The notes beneath the pieces were generated by a model. That model made no database searches, was not told the origin of the DNA, and was given only the letters and a program-made list of their open reading frames with translations. Below are positions 52,201 through 60,179 of a stretch of DNA of 64,000 nt, in pieces (the stretch's first letter is position 1; each line of letters begins with the position of its first letter). The stretch spans positions 94,924,001 to 94,988,000 of the forward strand of contig OZ076409.1 in NCBI GenBank assembly GCA_964187785.1, given 5' to 3'. Position numbers and translations under genes: made by a program. Origin of the DNA: Amphiscolops sp. MND2022 (lineage: Eukaryota).

Positions 52201-55200
52201 AGGCAGAGTAATGTACAGACAACACAACGTCGTTAGCCGCATCTCTGGCAGTGAATATTTCGGAGCTGTTGGCACTGGCATTTGGGTCGAACACCGAAGT
52301 ACCACTGCTGCTCACCTAAGATAGAGATACAAAAGAGTTCACATAAATTCGGATAAAATGATTTGAGAGAGTCCAAAGAATGTATTCGACATACATTTGG
52401 TTGATTACAATCCATTTTTGAATTAAAAGCCTTTTCACTTTAGGTTTTGACTAACAGTTGAATGGAAATGCATCTATACATGAGGCAGTGGATCTCAAGT
52501 ATACAAGAGATACACTTGAAATTGGTTCACAGTTGATAAATGGTTAGGTAATAAACAGTTTTCAAAAATGGTTAGGTAATAGCGTAGTTGAGTAATTAAC
52601 AGAATGACCATCCCGTTCCAGTTGTTTTTTTTTTGCAATCCGACTGATTGCATGGCGCTTATGATTCTCCACAGCGGTAAAAAAAAATTAAAAAACGTTT
52701 ACATTTCAAGAAGAAAAATCTACATAAAGCATAAAAAGATGCTTCTAAGGTGCTCACGTTGATAGTATAATGAAGAAAATGCGGCTTGTAAGAGTAACAA
52801 GTGCAAGTACATGAATTAGCAGTTACCTCTGGCAGGTTGAGCATGAAGTTGTCGAAGGAGGAGGTTGAGAACATGCGCACTACATTCTCGCCAGTGGCGA
52901 TGGCTATGGCCGAGTCTCCCGCCCATGTGAAGTCCGCACTCGTGTTCCGACCCGAGAGACGAACCTGCAATCGACAGACATACACCTCAGCATCAATCAG
53001 TACTACCATCGCCTCAGTGAGACATCAATCGCTTTTCTATTTACCAAGCCGGGAACGGCTCAAGTCGGCGCCCCGCTCAAGGTTCAAACAGAGTAAAGTC
53101 TTTTTTAAATATGAAAGCACACACCATTGTGAAAATTTTATCAAATTTACAGTGCCAAAAAACCCGAAGGATACCCACAAGACTCGAAAACCGCATAATT
53201 CGAAACATCAAAATACCCAATCATTGAAAAAAGTATCAGTGCCAAAAACCCAAAAGAGACCATTCAAACTTGCAAAACGCTTTTTCCAAGCTGATTTTTT
53301 TTTCGAAAAAAAGTCGCACAATGCCGAAAAAGCCGTAATCTTTTTCTCTTTTTCACAATTATTGCGAAAACTCTCATCAGTACCATATGACCAAACAATG
53401 ATCAAAGAGGTCACCCTTAAGACTCGACAGAAAACAAAAAAAAACAAAACTTATGAAAAAAATTGTCGAAAAAAATCCAAAAAATCATCACATTTTTCTT
53501 CAGAAATTCTTCGGCAACTCGCATAAAGCCAAAAAAGTCTAAAGGAGCCCGCTATGCTCGCACAACGCTGTTTCTGCTAAAAACCCAAAGGGGCACCTTC
53601 GGTTTTAAAAAACCATTAAAAATTTTAGGTCAAGCGCATGGTTCGAATCCACGTAAACTGATTCCCAGCTAATGTCCCACACGCAGTGACCACTAGGCCA
53701 AGTGGCGGGAGCCTGTTAGAAATTACTACGTTATCTTATAGACGCCGAACATTACTCAACTTTTTTTCTCGCACAAAAATCAGAATTCAATGGCTTCCAA
53801 TGAAGTTCCCTATCAGAAGCAAAACATTTTGGTTTGAAATACCCTAGTGCCCGACGGTATTGTAAAAACGGGCTCGATAGGTATCGGTAAGTATTTCGCC
53901 TAATACCGCGGTATTCGGTACGGTATCGGTATTTTTAAAAAGACGTTCTCTGTAATGAAAAATTTATTTTTTAGGTGAAAGAATTTTCACAAAACTCAAT
54001 TACAATATAAGTGAAATGTTTTTCTTTGCTTTCATTAAAGCACTTGCGTTTCGGCCCATAAGACAGCCCCCATTCGCTCGGAAGCCACATTGCTTGACTG
54101 AATGTATGTGTATTTCTATTAGCCAATCAGAATTGAGTATGCTTATGGCCGGTACTGCACGTGTGTAAACATCTTCGTACGATTACCGTACGGTATTCTA
54201 TTTTACCCGGTACGGTATAGGTATTTGTAAAAAACCGAGGTATCGGTTTCGGTACTGTATACCGTCGGGCACTAAAATACCCATTCCAGCATTCTAAGCA
54301 AAACTTGTGAACGGGCGGGCGATGTTGGATTGGGGGCTGAGTGAACTAACAGATCCTATTTCTTTGAGACTGAGGTCGCTCTCGATGGCGAATGCGTAGA
54401 TGGTGAGAGAGTTGGTCACCGCCACCAACACGTCTTGTTTCGGACTCAGTAGCACCTTCTGTATCCCTCCTGCCCCGTAGGACCTAGAACCCAACTTGAA
54501 AACACACGAGGAACGACGGTACACTGTAACACTCAACTGATTTTTTGGCAGGAGTTAATAAAAAGTTAATTGGCGAGACAGAGTTTTGACATCGCTAATT
54601 TTTTTTCGCTAAACCGCTTATTTCAAAATAACTATTGAATGTTTGAATTGAATTGTAAAAATTGGAATTTTTTGACATTTTCGAACTCGGTGTATTTTCC
54701 AAGGAAATTTTGAATTTGGACAACCTATTAATTGCAACTAATTTGAATCGCTGAAAAAATTCTGCGCGGCCGCTAACTGGCTGATTAGCGGTGTCAAAAC
54801 TCCGTGGCGAGGCTTCAGCTACCTGAGAAGAACCATATTAGGCGTTTCTCAATGATGTGATATCGCATTTTGGAAATCGGTATTCATTGTATATTCGTCG
54901 TTATTGTAATTGAAGCATGTATATGTAACAATCCGGAAACAACCCCGTTTTTCAAAATTCTTAAAGACAAAGCTCATCGATTTCACAGTGCCAAAACATA
55001 CCGCAAAGGGGCATACTTGAAAACAGGAGCAAACAGAACAGTAAAAAAATTAAAAAACGTCGCACAGTGCCGAAAATACATATGATGGAATTATACATTT
55101 TCATGAAAGCATTGTCAAGAATGAAGCCTACCTTGAATCGAAATGCACAATGTAGGATCCCTTTTCATCAATGTGGAACAGCTGACCGTTTTCGCAGCCA

Positions 55201-56836
55201 ATGAAACAACTAATTCCGTCCACAGAGACGCTCTTGTGAGTCTTGGCCCGTCCAGAGACGAGAATCTCCAGAGCTCTCTCGTCGCCTTCCGCCGCCGCTT
55301 TTGCCAGTGTGGCCATGTCCTGCCTGTCAGCGAAACCAGACATTCAAGTTTCAAATGGAAAAAAACATGCACCATATTGGCAAAGAAAAAAAAGAAAAAG
55401 GAATCTTTCAACTTCCATACACAAGGAAATCTAGACTGGAAATTATTTCGATTGAAAACTGGAACTAATTCCGAACATTTTTCCGGGACTGCCAAGTCTA
55501 TGATCTATGATAATTTATCCTCTGCGCTCAGTCACTGAATGATTTTTTAAATTTTTTCCTCTATCAGATACAATGGATCTTTTTGCTTCTGATCGGTTTT
55601 TGCTTATTACACTTTGACAAAGCAACCCCTAAAGTTTAAGCGACCGCTTATGAAATACAATAACTCAAAAGATTGGAATTCGCATGGCAAATATTCAATT
55701 GTCTTCGAGAAAAAAATGAACCAATTGTTTGAGACAAGTCCATTAGGCGCAGGGTTGGTTTTTAATCGGATTAAAATACTTTAATTCGATTGAAATGGTT
55801 ATAATCAAGATTAAACTGATTAAAAATCAGCATGCAGAAGACTGATATTTGAAAATCAATTCAAAATTTTGATCATGAAACACTTTTTGGGGATTTTCAA
55901 CTCAAGTAGATTTTTAGTCTTCGCATCAGGGTTGGTCATTTGTTTGTTTTTTTATCAATGATTCCCAGCTCGACTCAAACAAAACGTACGGCAAAAAATG
56001 TCTTCAAAAACTTTCTTCAGAACACCTGGCGAGGCAAAAACTAACATCAGTGGCTCCACTTTTCTCATAACTGCCGTGGTGACAAACCCAACATCTCGCA
56101 TGTTGCATTGACATAACGCGGTGGCTGGGAATTTACCACGAGGATCACATTTCCAGATGATTAACTGACCATTCTAAAAATGAAAGTTAGGAAATCATTG
56201 AAAACTGCTTTCGAATCATGTCTTTGTTCAACAAGGGCAACTTTGTTCCAGAGTAAATTACCTTATCAGTTGAGATCAATCTGCAATTTGCTGAATTGCT
56301 GGTATTGTCAGCCCAGACAAGGAAACTGACGGATGTCAAATGTTGATTTTCAATTCTTTGAGTGTTGCAGTTGCCTTCTTCGCTGCGCAAAGCTATTGCA
56401 CCATTTTGCCACCCAATCGCCAATAGTCGTTTCGATGGATGCCAAGCTAGGACGTTCGACGAGGCCACATCATTCTTGACTTCAGCACCAGGAATAGGAA
56501 AACCCTGAAAGTACCTATCCAAGTTACCAGCATTATTCAAGAAGAGACAATCTAACCGCTCACTAGAAAAGTAGATGTGATAATGGAAAATCAGAATTTT
56601 CCCAACTCCGTTAAACCACAGAAGCAGCCTCCGCAAAAAAATTTCGTTAAACTTACCGCTTGGTCATATATGGTTACGACTCCTTCACTTTCCGAAGTGT
56701 TTTCGCCGTTATCACGTCCCTTGGAGAGCGAAACAGCAATGATTGGATGCAGAGGGTGCCATTCAAAAACTTCTACAGTGCCTCTGTGACTGGACTTGAC
56801 AGGACATTCGAAATAAACAAAACTTTCGGAATACAT
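4118..56836 (-). CDS. IFT140: Intraflagellar transport protein 140 (IFT-A core subunit); 30 coding exons, 4977 nt, ~1658 aa
   Basis: Exon translations follow recalled IFT140 motifs in collinear order: [105 protein letters not shown], acidic C-tail. All 29 introns are GT..AG with matching phases and no in-frame stops. The start codon is the least certain part. Confidence 0.96.
4950..5530 (-). pseudogene. Possible hAT transposase remnant
   Basis: [10 protein letters not shown] and GIPASRA resemble the hAT motifs TRWNSxYxM and IPASSA; heavily decayed. Confidence 0.3.
6353..6533 (-). CDS. IFT140: IFT140 exon 29
   Basis: ttgcag|AFQCLETL...HTFKI(g)|gtgagc. Confidence 0.82.
7255..7396 (-). CDS. 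IFT140: IFT140 exon 28
   Basis: gtacag|[19 protein letters not shown]...RERDIY...QNQK|gttaaa. Confidence 0.83.
7454..7889. mobile_element. Long-TIR foldback MITE (possibly Mutator-like); inverted copy at ~22738-23106
   Basis: Arms gacatttc...(tttcaacc)n and (ggttgaaa)n...gaaatgtc; 8-9 bp flanking direct repeat (c)ctttctgc. Confidence 0.75.
8403..8882 (-). mobile_element. Helentron-like family A copy
   Basis: Both diagnostic ends; closely similar to 20448-20947. Confidence 0.8.
8881..9420 (-). mobile_element. Helentron-like family C (other copies ~30824-31340, ~36197-36654, ~45317-45835; partial or interrupted at ~820-1040, ~23890-24118, ~31721-32565)
   Basis: Terminal hairpin gcccc-tcc-ggggc; subterminal repeat tatttctgc / gcagaaata; conserved core gtttacaccgcctttaattcttctcggactaaag. 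Confidence 0.72.
9423..9964 (-). mobile_element. Helentron-like family A copy
   Basis: Both diagnostic ends. Confidence 0.75.
10144..10676 (+). mobile_element. Helentron-like family A copy (opposite orientation)
   Basis: tttttagtcggcgc ... gcgccgacttgggccgttcccggcttgttt. Confidence 0.78.
10841..12324 (+). pseudogene. Tc1 transposase pseudogene
   Basis: The reading ...KKPLG resumes as [12 protein letters not shown] after the insertion; C-terminus ...[16 protein letters not shown] is in a shifted frame. Confidence 0.9.
11265..11754. mobile_element. Short TIR element inserted in the Tc1 transposase, containing a Helentron-like end
   Basis: Ends gtttttatccagc / gctggatggaaac; possible 3-bp TSD (ttg/tag); family A terminus near 11437. 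Confidence 0.6.
13070..13227 (-). CDS. IFT140: IFT140 exon 27 (not in the ORF track)
   Basis: tttcag|[20 protein letters not shown]...[14 protein letters not shown]|gtaagt. Confidence 0.9.
13749..14960 (-). mobile_element. Helentron-like family B with a central tandem array (relatives at ~15441-15830 and ~41512-42066)
   Basis: Terminal hairpin ccgcatatgcgg; subterminal repeat aggagtcgg (13772) / ccgactcct (14947) with an adjacent partial inverted repeat. Confidence 0.75.
13805..14880. repeat. Tandem repeat, ~172-173 bp unit, ~6 copies
   Basis: gttcgaatcgtatg recurs at 13811, 13981, 14153, 14326, 14499 and 14671. Confidence 0.95.
15833..16211 (-). mobile_element. Helentron-like family A copy
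   Basis: Both ends; hairpin variant gccg-ggac-cggc. Confidence 0.75.
16241..16417 (-). CDS. IFT140: IFT140 exon 26
   Basis: ttccag|[20 protein letters not shown]...[10 protein letters not shown]|gtgggg. Confidence 0.93.
16527..17315 (-). mobile_element. Helentron-like family A copy (a second partial copy follows at ~17500-17917)
   Basis: Both diagnostic ends. Confidence 0.72.
18336..18602 (-). CDS. IFT140: IFT140 exon 25
   Basis: ttgcag|YDAAL...ITEDMAEKL...KKFQQAGD...ALLKSGD...TAK|gttcca. Confidence 0.93.
18740..20400 (-). mobile_element. Decayed non-LTR retrotransposon (CR1/L2-like RT remnants), split by MITEs
   Basis: Fragments [29 protein letters not shown] and C-terminal RQQIFHSV...KAWN. 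Confidence 0.6.
19170..19690. mobile_element. TA-flanked MITE (Tc1/mariner type) with G-tract repeats and a tRNA-like segment
   Basis: Perfect 28-bp TIR ctctgttgtgcttaataagagggggggt; TA on both sides. Confidence 0.88.
20448..20947 (-). mobile_element. Helentron-like non-autonomous element, family A (clean ~500-bp copy)
   Basis: On the minus strand: 5' TTTT-agtcggcgc plus a partial inverted copy; 3' gcgccgact + hairpin agacg-ttcc-cgtct + TGTT; no TSD. Matches the DINE-1/HINE architecture. Confidence 0.8.
21095..21262 (-). CDS. IFT140: IFT140 exon 24
   Basis: cctttaag|VAELTRG...[12 protein letters not shown]...[13 protein letters not shown]|gtgagt. Confidence 0.88.
21271..22668. mobile_element. 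hAT-type non-autonomous element at the exon 24 acceptor, with nested elements
   Basis: Termini cagtgatga / tcatcactg; perfect 8-bp TSD cttaaagg at 21263-21270 and 22669-22676. Confidence 0.85.
21826..22256. mobile_element. hAT-type MITE nested in the previous element
   Basis: TIR taggcgtgtgtggttaa / ttaatcgcacaccccta; perfect TSD gcatttaa. Confidence 0.8.
22738..23106. mobile_element. Long-TIR foldback MITE, same family as 7454-7889
   Basis: Same termini and tttcaacc subrepeats; flanking cgcattt direct repeat. Confidence 0.72.
23524..23757 (-). CDS. IFT140: IFT140 exon 23
   Basis: tttcag|[28 protein letters not shown]...[15 protein letters not shown]|gttggg. Confidence 0.92.
26518..26664 (-). 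CDS. IFT140: IFT140 exon 22
   Basis: ttgcag|AMELCN...[17 protein letters not shown]|gttaca. Confidence 0.87.
27732..27864 (-). CDS. IFT140: IFT140 exon 21
   Basis: tttcag|[12 protein letters not shown]...[10 protein letters not shown]...RVLCF...DE|gttagc. Confidence 0.93.
27982..30063 (-). mobile_element. Triple nest of Helentron-like elements: A contains D (28064-29658), which contains A (28899-29488)
   Basis: Paired termini at each level; host sequence resumes across the inner insertion. Confidence 0.72.
30081..30176 (-). CDS. IFT140: IFT140 exon 20
   Basis: ttccaag|[31 protein letters not shown]|gtaagt (AAG acceptor). Confidence 0.92.
30588..30731 (-). CDS. IFT140: IFT140 exon 19
   Basis: aacag|FLEQHNAS...NLDKAIK|gttagt; phase 2 on both sides. 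Confidence 0.83.
30824..31340 (-). mobile_element. Helentron-like family C copy
   Basis: Same termini and core. Confidence 0.7.
33931..34079 (-). CDS. IFT140: IFT140 exon 18
   Basis: ttgtag|[18 protein letters not shown]...[14 protein letters not shown]|gtaaac. Confidence 0.93.
34158..34511. mobile_element. hAT-type MITE family (TIR cagagttttgaca); related copies at ~12620-12953, ~42718-42955, 54579-54804
   Basis: TIR cagagttttgaca / tgtcaaaactctg; TSD cttcacag/cttcaccg; internal cgctaa repeats. Confidence 0.8.
35465..35909. mobile_element. TA-flanked MITE family (other copies 47672-48140 and ~25700-26325)
   Basis: TIR cagtactgtgattaagaaa..cgtccccc; TA TSD; shared internal sequence. Confidence 0.87.
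35950..36130 (-). CDS. IFT140: IFT140 exon 17
   Basis: ttgcag|[13 protein letters not shown]...AKMCLGNM...LAIALGMR|gtgcgt. Confidence 0.94.
36197..36654 (-). mobile_element. Helentron-like family C copy
   Basis: Same termini and core. Confidence 0.7.
36892..37270. repeat. Local inverted duplication (A-B-A'-B')
   Basis: ~36892-37033 is the near-perfect reverse complement of ~37080-37221; the spacer ~37028-37079 is the reverse complement of ~37220-37270. Confidence 0.9.
37428..37594 (-). CDS. IFT140: IFT140 exon 16
   Basis: tttcag|SMPG...[12 protein letters not shown]...[12 protein letters not shown]|gttggt. Confidence 0.93.
38565..38783 (-). CDS. IFT140: IFT140 exon 15
   Basis: ttgcag|TSKLG...[14 protein letters not shown]|gtaggt. 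Confidence 0.9.
39484..39963 (+). mobile_element. Helentron-like family A copy
   Basis: tttttagtcggcgc ... gcgccgactttagacgttctcgtcttg. Confidence 0.78.
40273..40425 (-). CDS. IFT140: IFT140 exon 14
   Basis: tttcag|DSNDAL...[18 protein letters not shown]...KTT|gtgaga. Confidence 0.9.
41226..41435 (-). CDS. IFT140: IFT140 exon 13
   Basis: ttgcag|ETVDP...[16 protein letters not shown]...GASQ|gtttga. Confidence 0.87.
42204..42458 (-). CDS. IFT140: IFT140 exon 12
   Basis: ttgcag|GVVKQMMSL...FNLSKREAK...VSMIIQDN|gtaaga. Confidence 0.93.
45100..45270 (-). CDS. IFT140: IFT140 exon 11
   Basis: ttcag|QSLIVWDG...[19 protein letters not shown]|gtgagt. Confidence 0.92.
45317..45835 (-). mobile_element. 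Helentron-like family C copy
   Basis: Same termini and core. Confidence 0.72.
47672..48140. mobile_element. TA-flanked MITE, inverted relative of 35465-35909
   Basis: Same TIRs; internal sequence is the reverse complement. Confidence 0.85.
48335..48445 (-). CDS. IFT140: IFT140 exon 10
   Basis: tttcag|[11 protein letters not shown]...[10 protein letters not shown]|gtaaac. Confidence 0.88.
49158..49285 (-). CDS. IFT140: IFT140 exon 9
   Basis: ttccag|[20 protein letters not shown]...AYHSE|gttaca. Confidence 0.85.
49584..50115 (+). mobile_element. Helentron-like family A copy
   Basis: Both subterminal repeats; 3' hairpin degenerate. Confidence 0.72.
51422..51565 (-). CDS. IFT140: IFT140 exon 8
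   Basis: ctatag|[16 protein letters not shown]...EWVL...|gtatcg. Confidence 0.88.
51633..51990. mobile_element. hAT-type MITE
   Basis: Perfect TSD gtttaagc; imperfect TIR; subterminal tccgg repeats. Confidence 0.75.
52195..52315 (-). CDS. IFT140: IFT140 exon 7
   Basis: cttag|[40 protein letters not shown]|gtaagt; supplies the phase 0 to 1 change needed between exons 6 and 8. Confidence 0.8.
52827..52964 (-). CDS. IFT140: IFT140 exon 6
   Basis: ttgcag|[16 protein letters not shown]...[10 protein letters not shown]...LPE|gtaact. Confidence 0.9.
53845..54274. mobile_element. hAT-type MITE
   Basis: Perfect 16-bp TIR tagtgcccgacggtat; perfect TSD aaataccc; subterminal cggta repeats. Confidence 0.9.
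54351..54483 (-). CDS. IFT140: IFT140 exon 5
   Basis: ttctag|[12 protein letters not shown]...LVAVTNSL...KEIGS|gttagt. Confidence 0.88.
54579..54804. mobile_element. hAT-type MITE (cagagttttgaca family)
   Basis: Same TIR; TSD tggcgaga/tggcgagg. Confidence 0.75.
55132..55323 (-). CDS. IFT140: IFT140 exon 4
   Basis: gacag|[21 protein letters not shown]...FHIDEKG...|gtaggc. Confidence 0.92.
56046..56173 (-). CDS. IFT140: IFT140 exon 3 (not in the ORF track)
   Basis: ttttag|[16 protein letters not shown]...VEPL(at)|gttagt; phase 2 joins exon 4. Confidence 0.88.
56262..56504 (-). CDS. IFT140: IFT140 exon 2
   Basis: tttcag|GFPIPG...[17 protein letters not shown]...ISTDK|gtaatt. Confidence 0.92.
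56657..56836 (-). CDS. IFT140: IFT140 coding exon 1
   Basis: [12 protein letters not shown]...[11 protein letters not shown]...VTIYDQA; donor GTAAGT. In-frame upstream ATGs exist, so the start is inferred from expected N-terminal length. Confidence 0.85.
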
Positions 56837-56954
56837 ACACTCTAAATCACCAATGTAAAGTTGCATTATGTACAGTACCATAAATGTACTTATGGGAACG
56901 TTGACAATAAACTGTCGAGTTTCTATAAAAACTTATGGAGAAACACTGAAATAA

Positions 56955-57330
56955 TTCTTATTTATTGAAACAACAAAGCAGTGTAAGGTTGTCTGAAAAA
57001 GTACTTCAATTAAAATCATATACATTGAACATTCAAACAATTATCAGGTAAAACGGGACTACTTTGTTGTAGAAGCTATTTCTCATGACTTCGCTTTCGC
57101 GATGAAGATTCAAATACAATTTGTTCGTTCGCATCTGATGTTTGATAGCGGCTGTAGTTGGTTTTTCTTTAGCAAAAGCGGGTAAAATTCCATGCCTGAG
57201 TTTCCAAAAGAAACAGATCTTCAGGTCTGAGGAGTGATGTGTTTCTGTTGCAGAATTTTACTGTCCAACTTAATTGTTTTCGATAGTTGTGAGCAGCTTC
57301 TCAGTTATCCCATTCAATATTACCGATGGA
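56955..57330 (-). mobile_element. 3' remnant of a CR1/L2-like LINE
   Basis: DLKICFFWKLRHG...MRNSFYNKVVPFY resembles the ORF2 C-terminus; AATAAA follows. Confidence 0.5.
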
Positions 57331-57959
57331 TAGGTCACAAGTCACTCGGCTTTTTTCACCGCGTCGTTCGGCTCTAAATTTTAGGCCAAATGATCTATTT
57401 TTTTATTCCACTATCAGATCAAGTGCCATGTGTCATCATGTTGGGGAGAAAGGACACACACCCGTCGTTTGCAACGGAAGAATGAAACCGCATACCAGCC
57501 ACTATCGCAGTCGACCGGTAGAAACGAGTTTCAAAAAAACCTGCAAAGATATACAGGTTTAAAAAATAACGGGTGGGCGGAAATAGGTCGAAGGAACGGG
57601 ATCGAAAATCAGAGTTAGTCCTCAGGTCGACATATCAAATTTTTGAATGGGATCGAAACAACTCGGAATGGAAATTTTTATAACGTAGTCAGATATGTTC
57701 ACATACCCCTAGTGCCCTGAATGCAGGAGCGACGTGCCATATGGCCATGCCTCAATCTTGCTACTTGGCGAAGGGAGCGAAGCGTCCAAGCCATACAACA
57801 AATACGACAAAATTCGACCGCATTCCATTCGATTCCTGCAATTCGATCAAAAAGTTCGACCTCTGTCCTTTCGACCAGAAAAATTCGACCTATTTACAGC
57901 CACCCAAAAATAACAAACTAACGTTTTACTTCGGTCTGTAACTCAGGAAAGTTCGAGTG

Positions 57960-58938
57960 AACATTTGTTGAGCAAATGTTGAGGAAAAGGGGATTTTATA
58001 TTCATTTTAATATGAAACCACGTGTAACGTACAGTATGACTATATGGTTTCATCAGAATATGACATCTCTGGACAAGATGTGGTGGAGTGTTCATAAATC
58101 TATCTTTGGGATAAGAAACTACCAAATATCGAAACACGTAGTTAGTGTTTTAAGTAATATTTGGTCTCCGTCTCTACTCTACACTAATCAAGTAATAATG
58201 TTTCTGCATTCAACTGCTGGAAGTGCAGATATTCTAAACCCAGGTAATTTAGCAATCATACCCCAACATATTAATATGGTGAGATTATTTTTGGTACACA
58301 AACTTTCGATTGTAAATCGTGATCCCGATGAAATTAAGGCAATATACATACAATATGCTAGACAATCCTCAGTCAGTACTTTTAGGAAGGAGGTGGATGA
58401 GTATTGCAGGCACTTATGGCAACAGGAAATAAAGCAAGGTCTTATGTACTCAAATTACTCAGGGCTTAAAGTAAGAAACAGCATCATGAAAATGCCTGCA
58501 CCATATCCTAGGAAAGTTTCTGTCAAAACGCTACGTGTTCTAATGAATGAATTTGAAGTACGCGAAATTTTATTCGGAAGTAAAAAGAATAAAGCCGATA
58601 TTTGTCCCTATTGTAGAGTTGTCAATGATACTGCACATTTCTTATTTTCCTGTGTCTCATACCAATAACACCGAAAGAGTTTCATTAAGGAGCATCAAAA
58701 TCAAAAGATTGACGAAACGCTAGTTGGTTTGGTAAATTGCGAAAACAAGCATGTTATAAACGCGTTGGCTGGCTTTATTGCAAGCATCGATTAATTCTTA
58801 TAACCCTGCAATCCTCACATGCCTTCCTTCTGTGTCAATTCTATTTATACTATTTACTTTGTTCTGGAATCAATGATAGAAAGTCATTTGTAATGCCACA
58901 TCCCGAAGGTTAATTGACCTCTTCTTCTTCTTCTTCTT
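57960..58938 (+). mobile_element. 5'-truncated non-LTR retrotransposon (ORF2 3' end, UTR, (CTT)n tail)
   Basis: ORF ends in the CCHC knuckle CPYC-x7-HFLFSC typical of non-LTR ORF2; (ctt)6 tail at ~58921-58938. Confidence 0.7.
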
Positions 58939-60179
58939 ATTCGATTGTACTTGCTATTCCTAATACATCTATACATCAAAAACAAAAACGGACAGCTTCC
59001 AAAGAAGTGTTTCAAAGTTAAACCACAAAGAAAACGTTTGCAAGTCATTTGGCTTAGAGTCATTTGGCTTTACTTTTTCGTCCAATCATGTCTTAAATTT
59101 TAATGCCAAATAACATCAAAATCAGGCCAAGTCCAAACCAACTCAAGCAATCGTTAAAAACAACTTATTCGAAACAAAACTGAAATGAATTTTTACCGAA
59201 AGTTGTCATGGGGGAAAACACTATTTGCAGGAATTTTCTATCTGATAAGCATTCATCTGAAGAGTGGGGTAAATCGAGATCGAAATTTTGTGTGATCGAC
59301 AAGCGAGATCGAATAAGGATCGAAAACTTTGTTCCGTTTTTGCTCCTGCAAAGCGTTTAAAAGGGTTTAAATATTTAAGGTACTTTTCCTCACATAATTT
59401 GGGGTCATATATGGTGTATGTTAGCTCGCCCTCACCGTCGCAAAGACCAGCTCCCACTTTGGTCGCTTCGCGATCTCCGTTCCCTCCAGGTCTTTGCTCC
59501 TGTTCGACCTCGCTTAGCAAGATGGGAGCATAAGCGGCCCCAAGGGACCACTGGGCACAAGAGGAAATAGGGACATATCCGAGGGCCGAAAGCATTGTTA
59601 CTTGAAAGTATTTGAAAACATTGATTCGATCTTTTGCAAACCTATTGAAAATCCAATTAAATGAAATAAATGTCGAAGTTGGGAGAGATTTTATAGCATA
59701 AAATATGGCTGGCAATCAAATAAGAGGTATGTGACACATCAAAAAGTGAAATTGACGTGTTCGACATCTCAGTCACATTTTACTGTCGAGGTTCGGCAGT
59801 AAACGTAGATAACAAAACTAATTTCGACAGGTTTCGATAAGTCTGTGTATAAAATGAAGAAAAATTTCCGATAACGGTGGGACTCACCAAGATATTGTCT
59901 GGAAAGAGGTGTTTATAGAAGTGCGAGAAGATAGACGTTTGCTTTGGTGTTTTTCTGCTCTTTCAATCTACCAATTTTCTTTCAACCGTCTCCACGCTAA
60001 ACCTGCAACTTTCTCTACAGATCCATTTCAATCTCAACCTATTTTCTGAAGTAACATCTAATAAACCTAACTCTCATTTGACAGTCAATTCCGGTTTCAT
60101 CAAATTCAACGATTTAATAATCTAAGGACGTTACAGATCTCATTTTCTTCGACCATTTTACTTTGATCTCATTGACATA

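Noticed and set aside
52801..53526. 241-aa plus-strand ORF
   Set aside because: Antisense of IFT140 exon 6 running into repeat sequence; no coherent protein signal.
59888..60060. Candidate exon ending in a GTGAGT donor
   Set aside because: All three minus-strand frames contain stops across the stretch; cannot be supported as coding.
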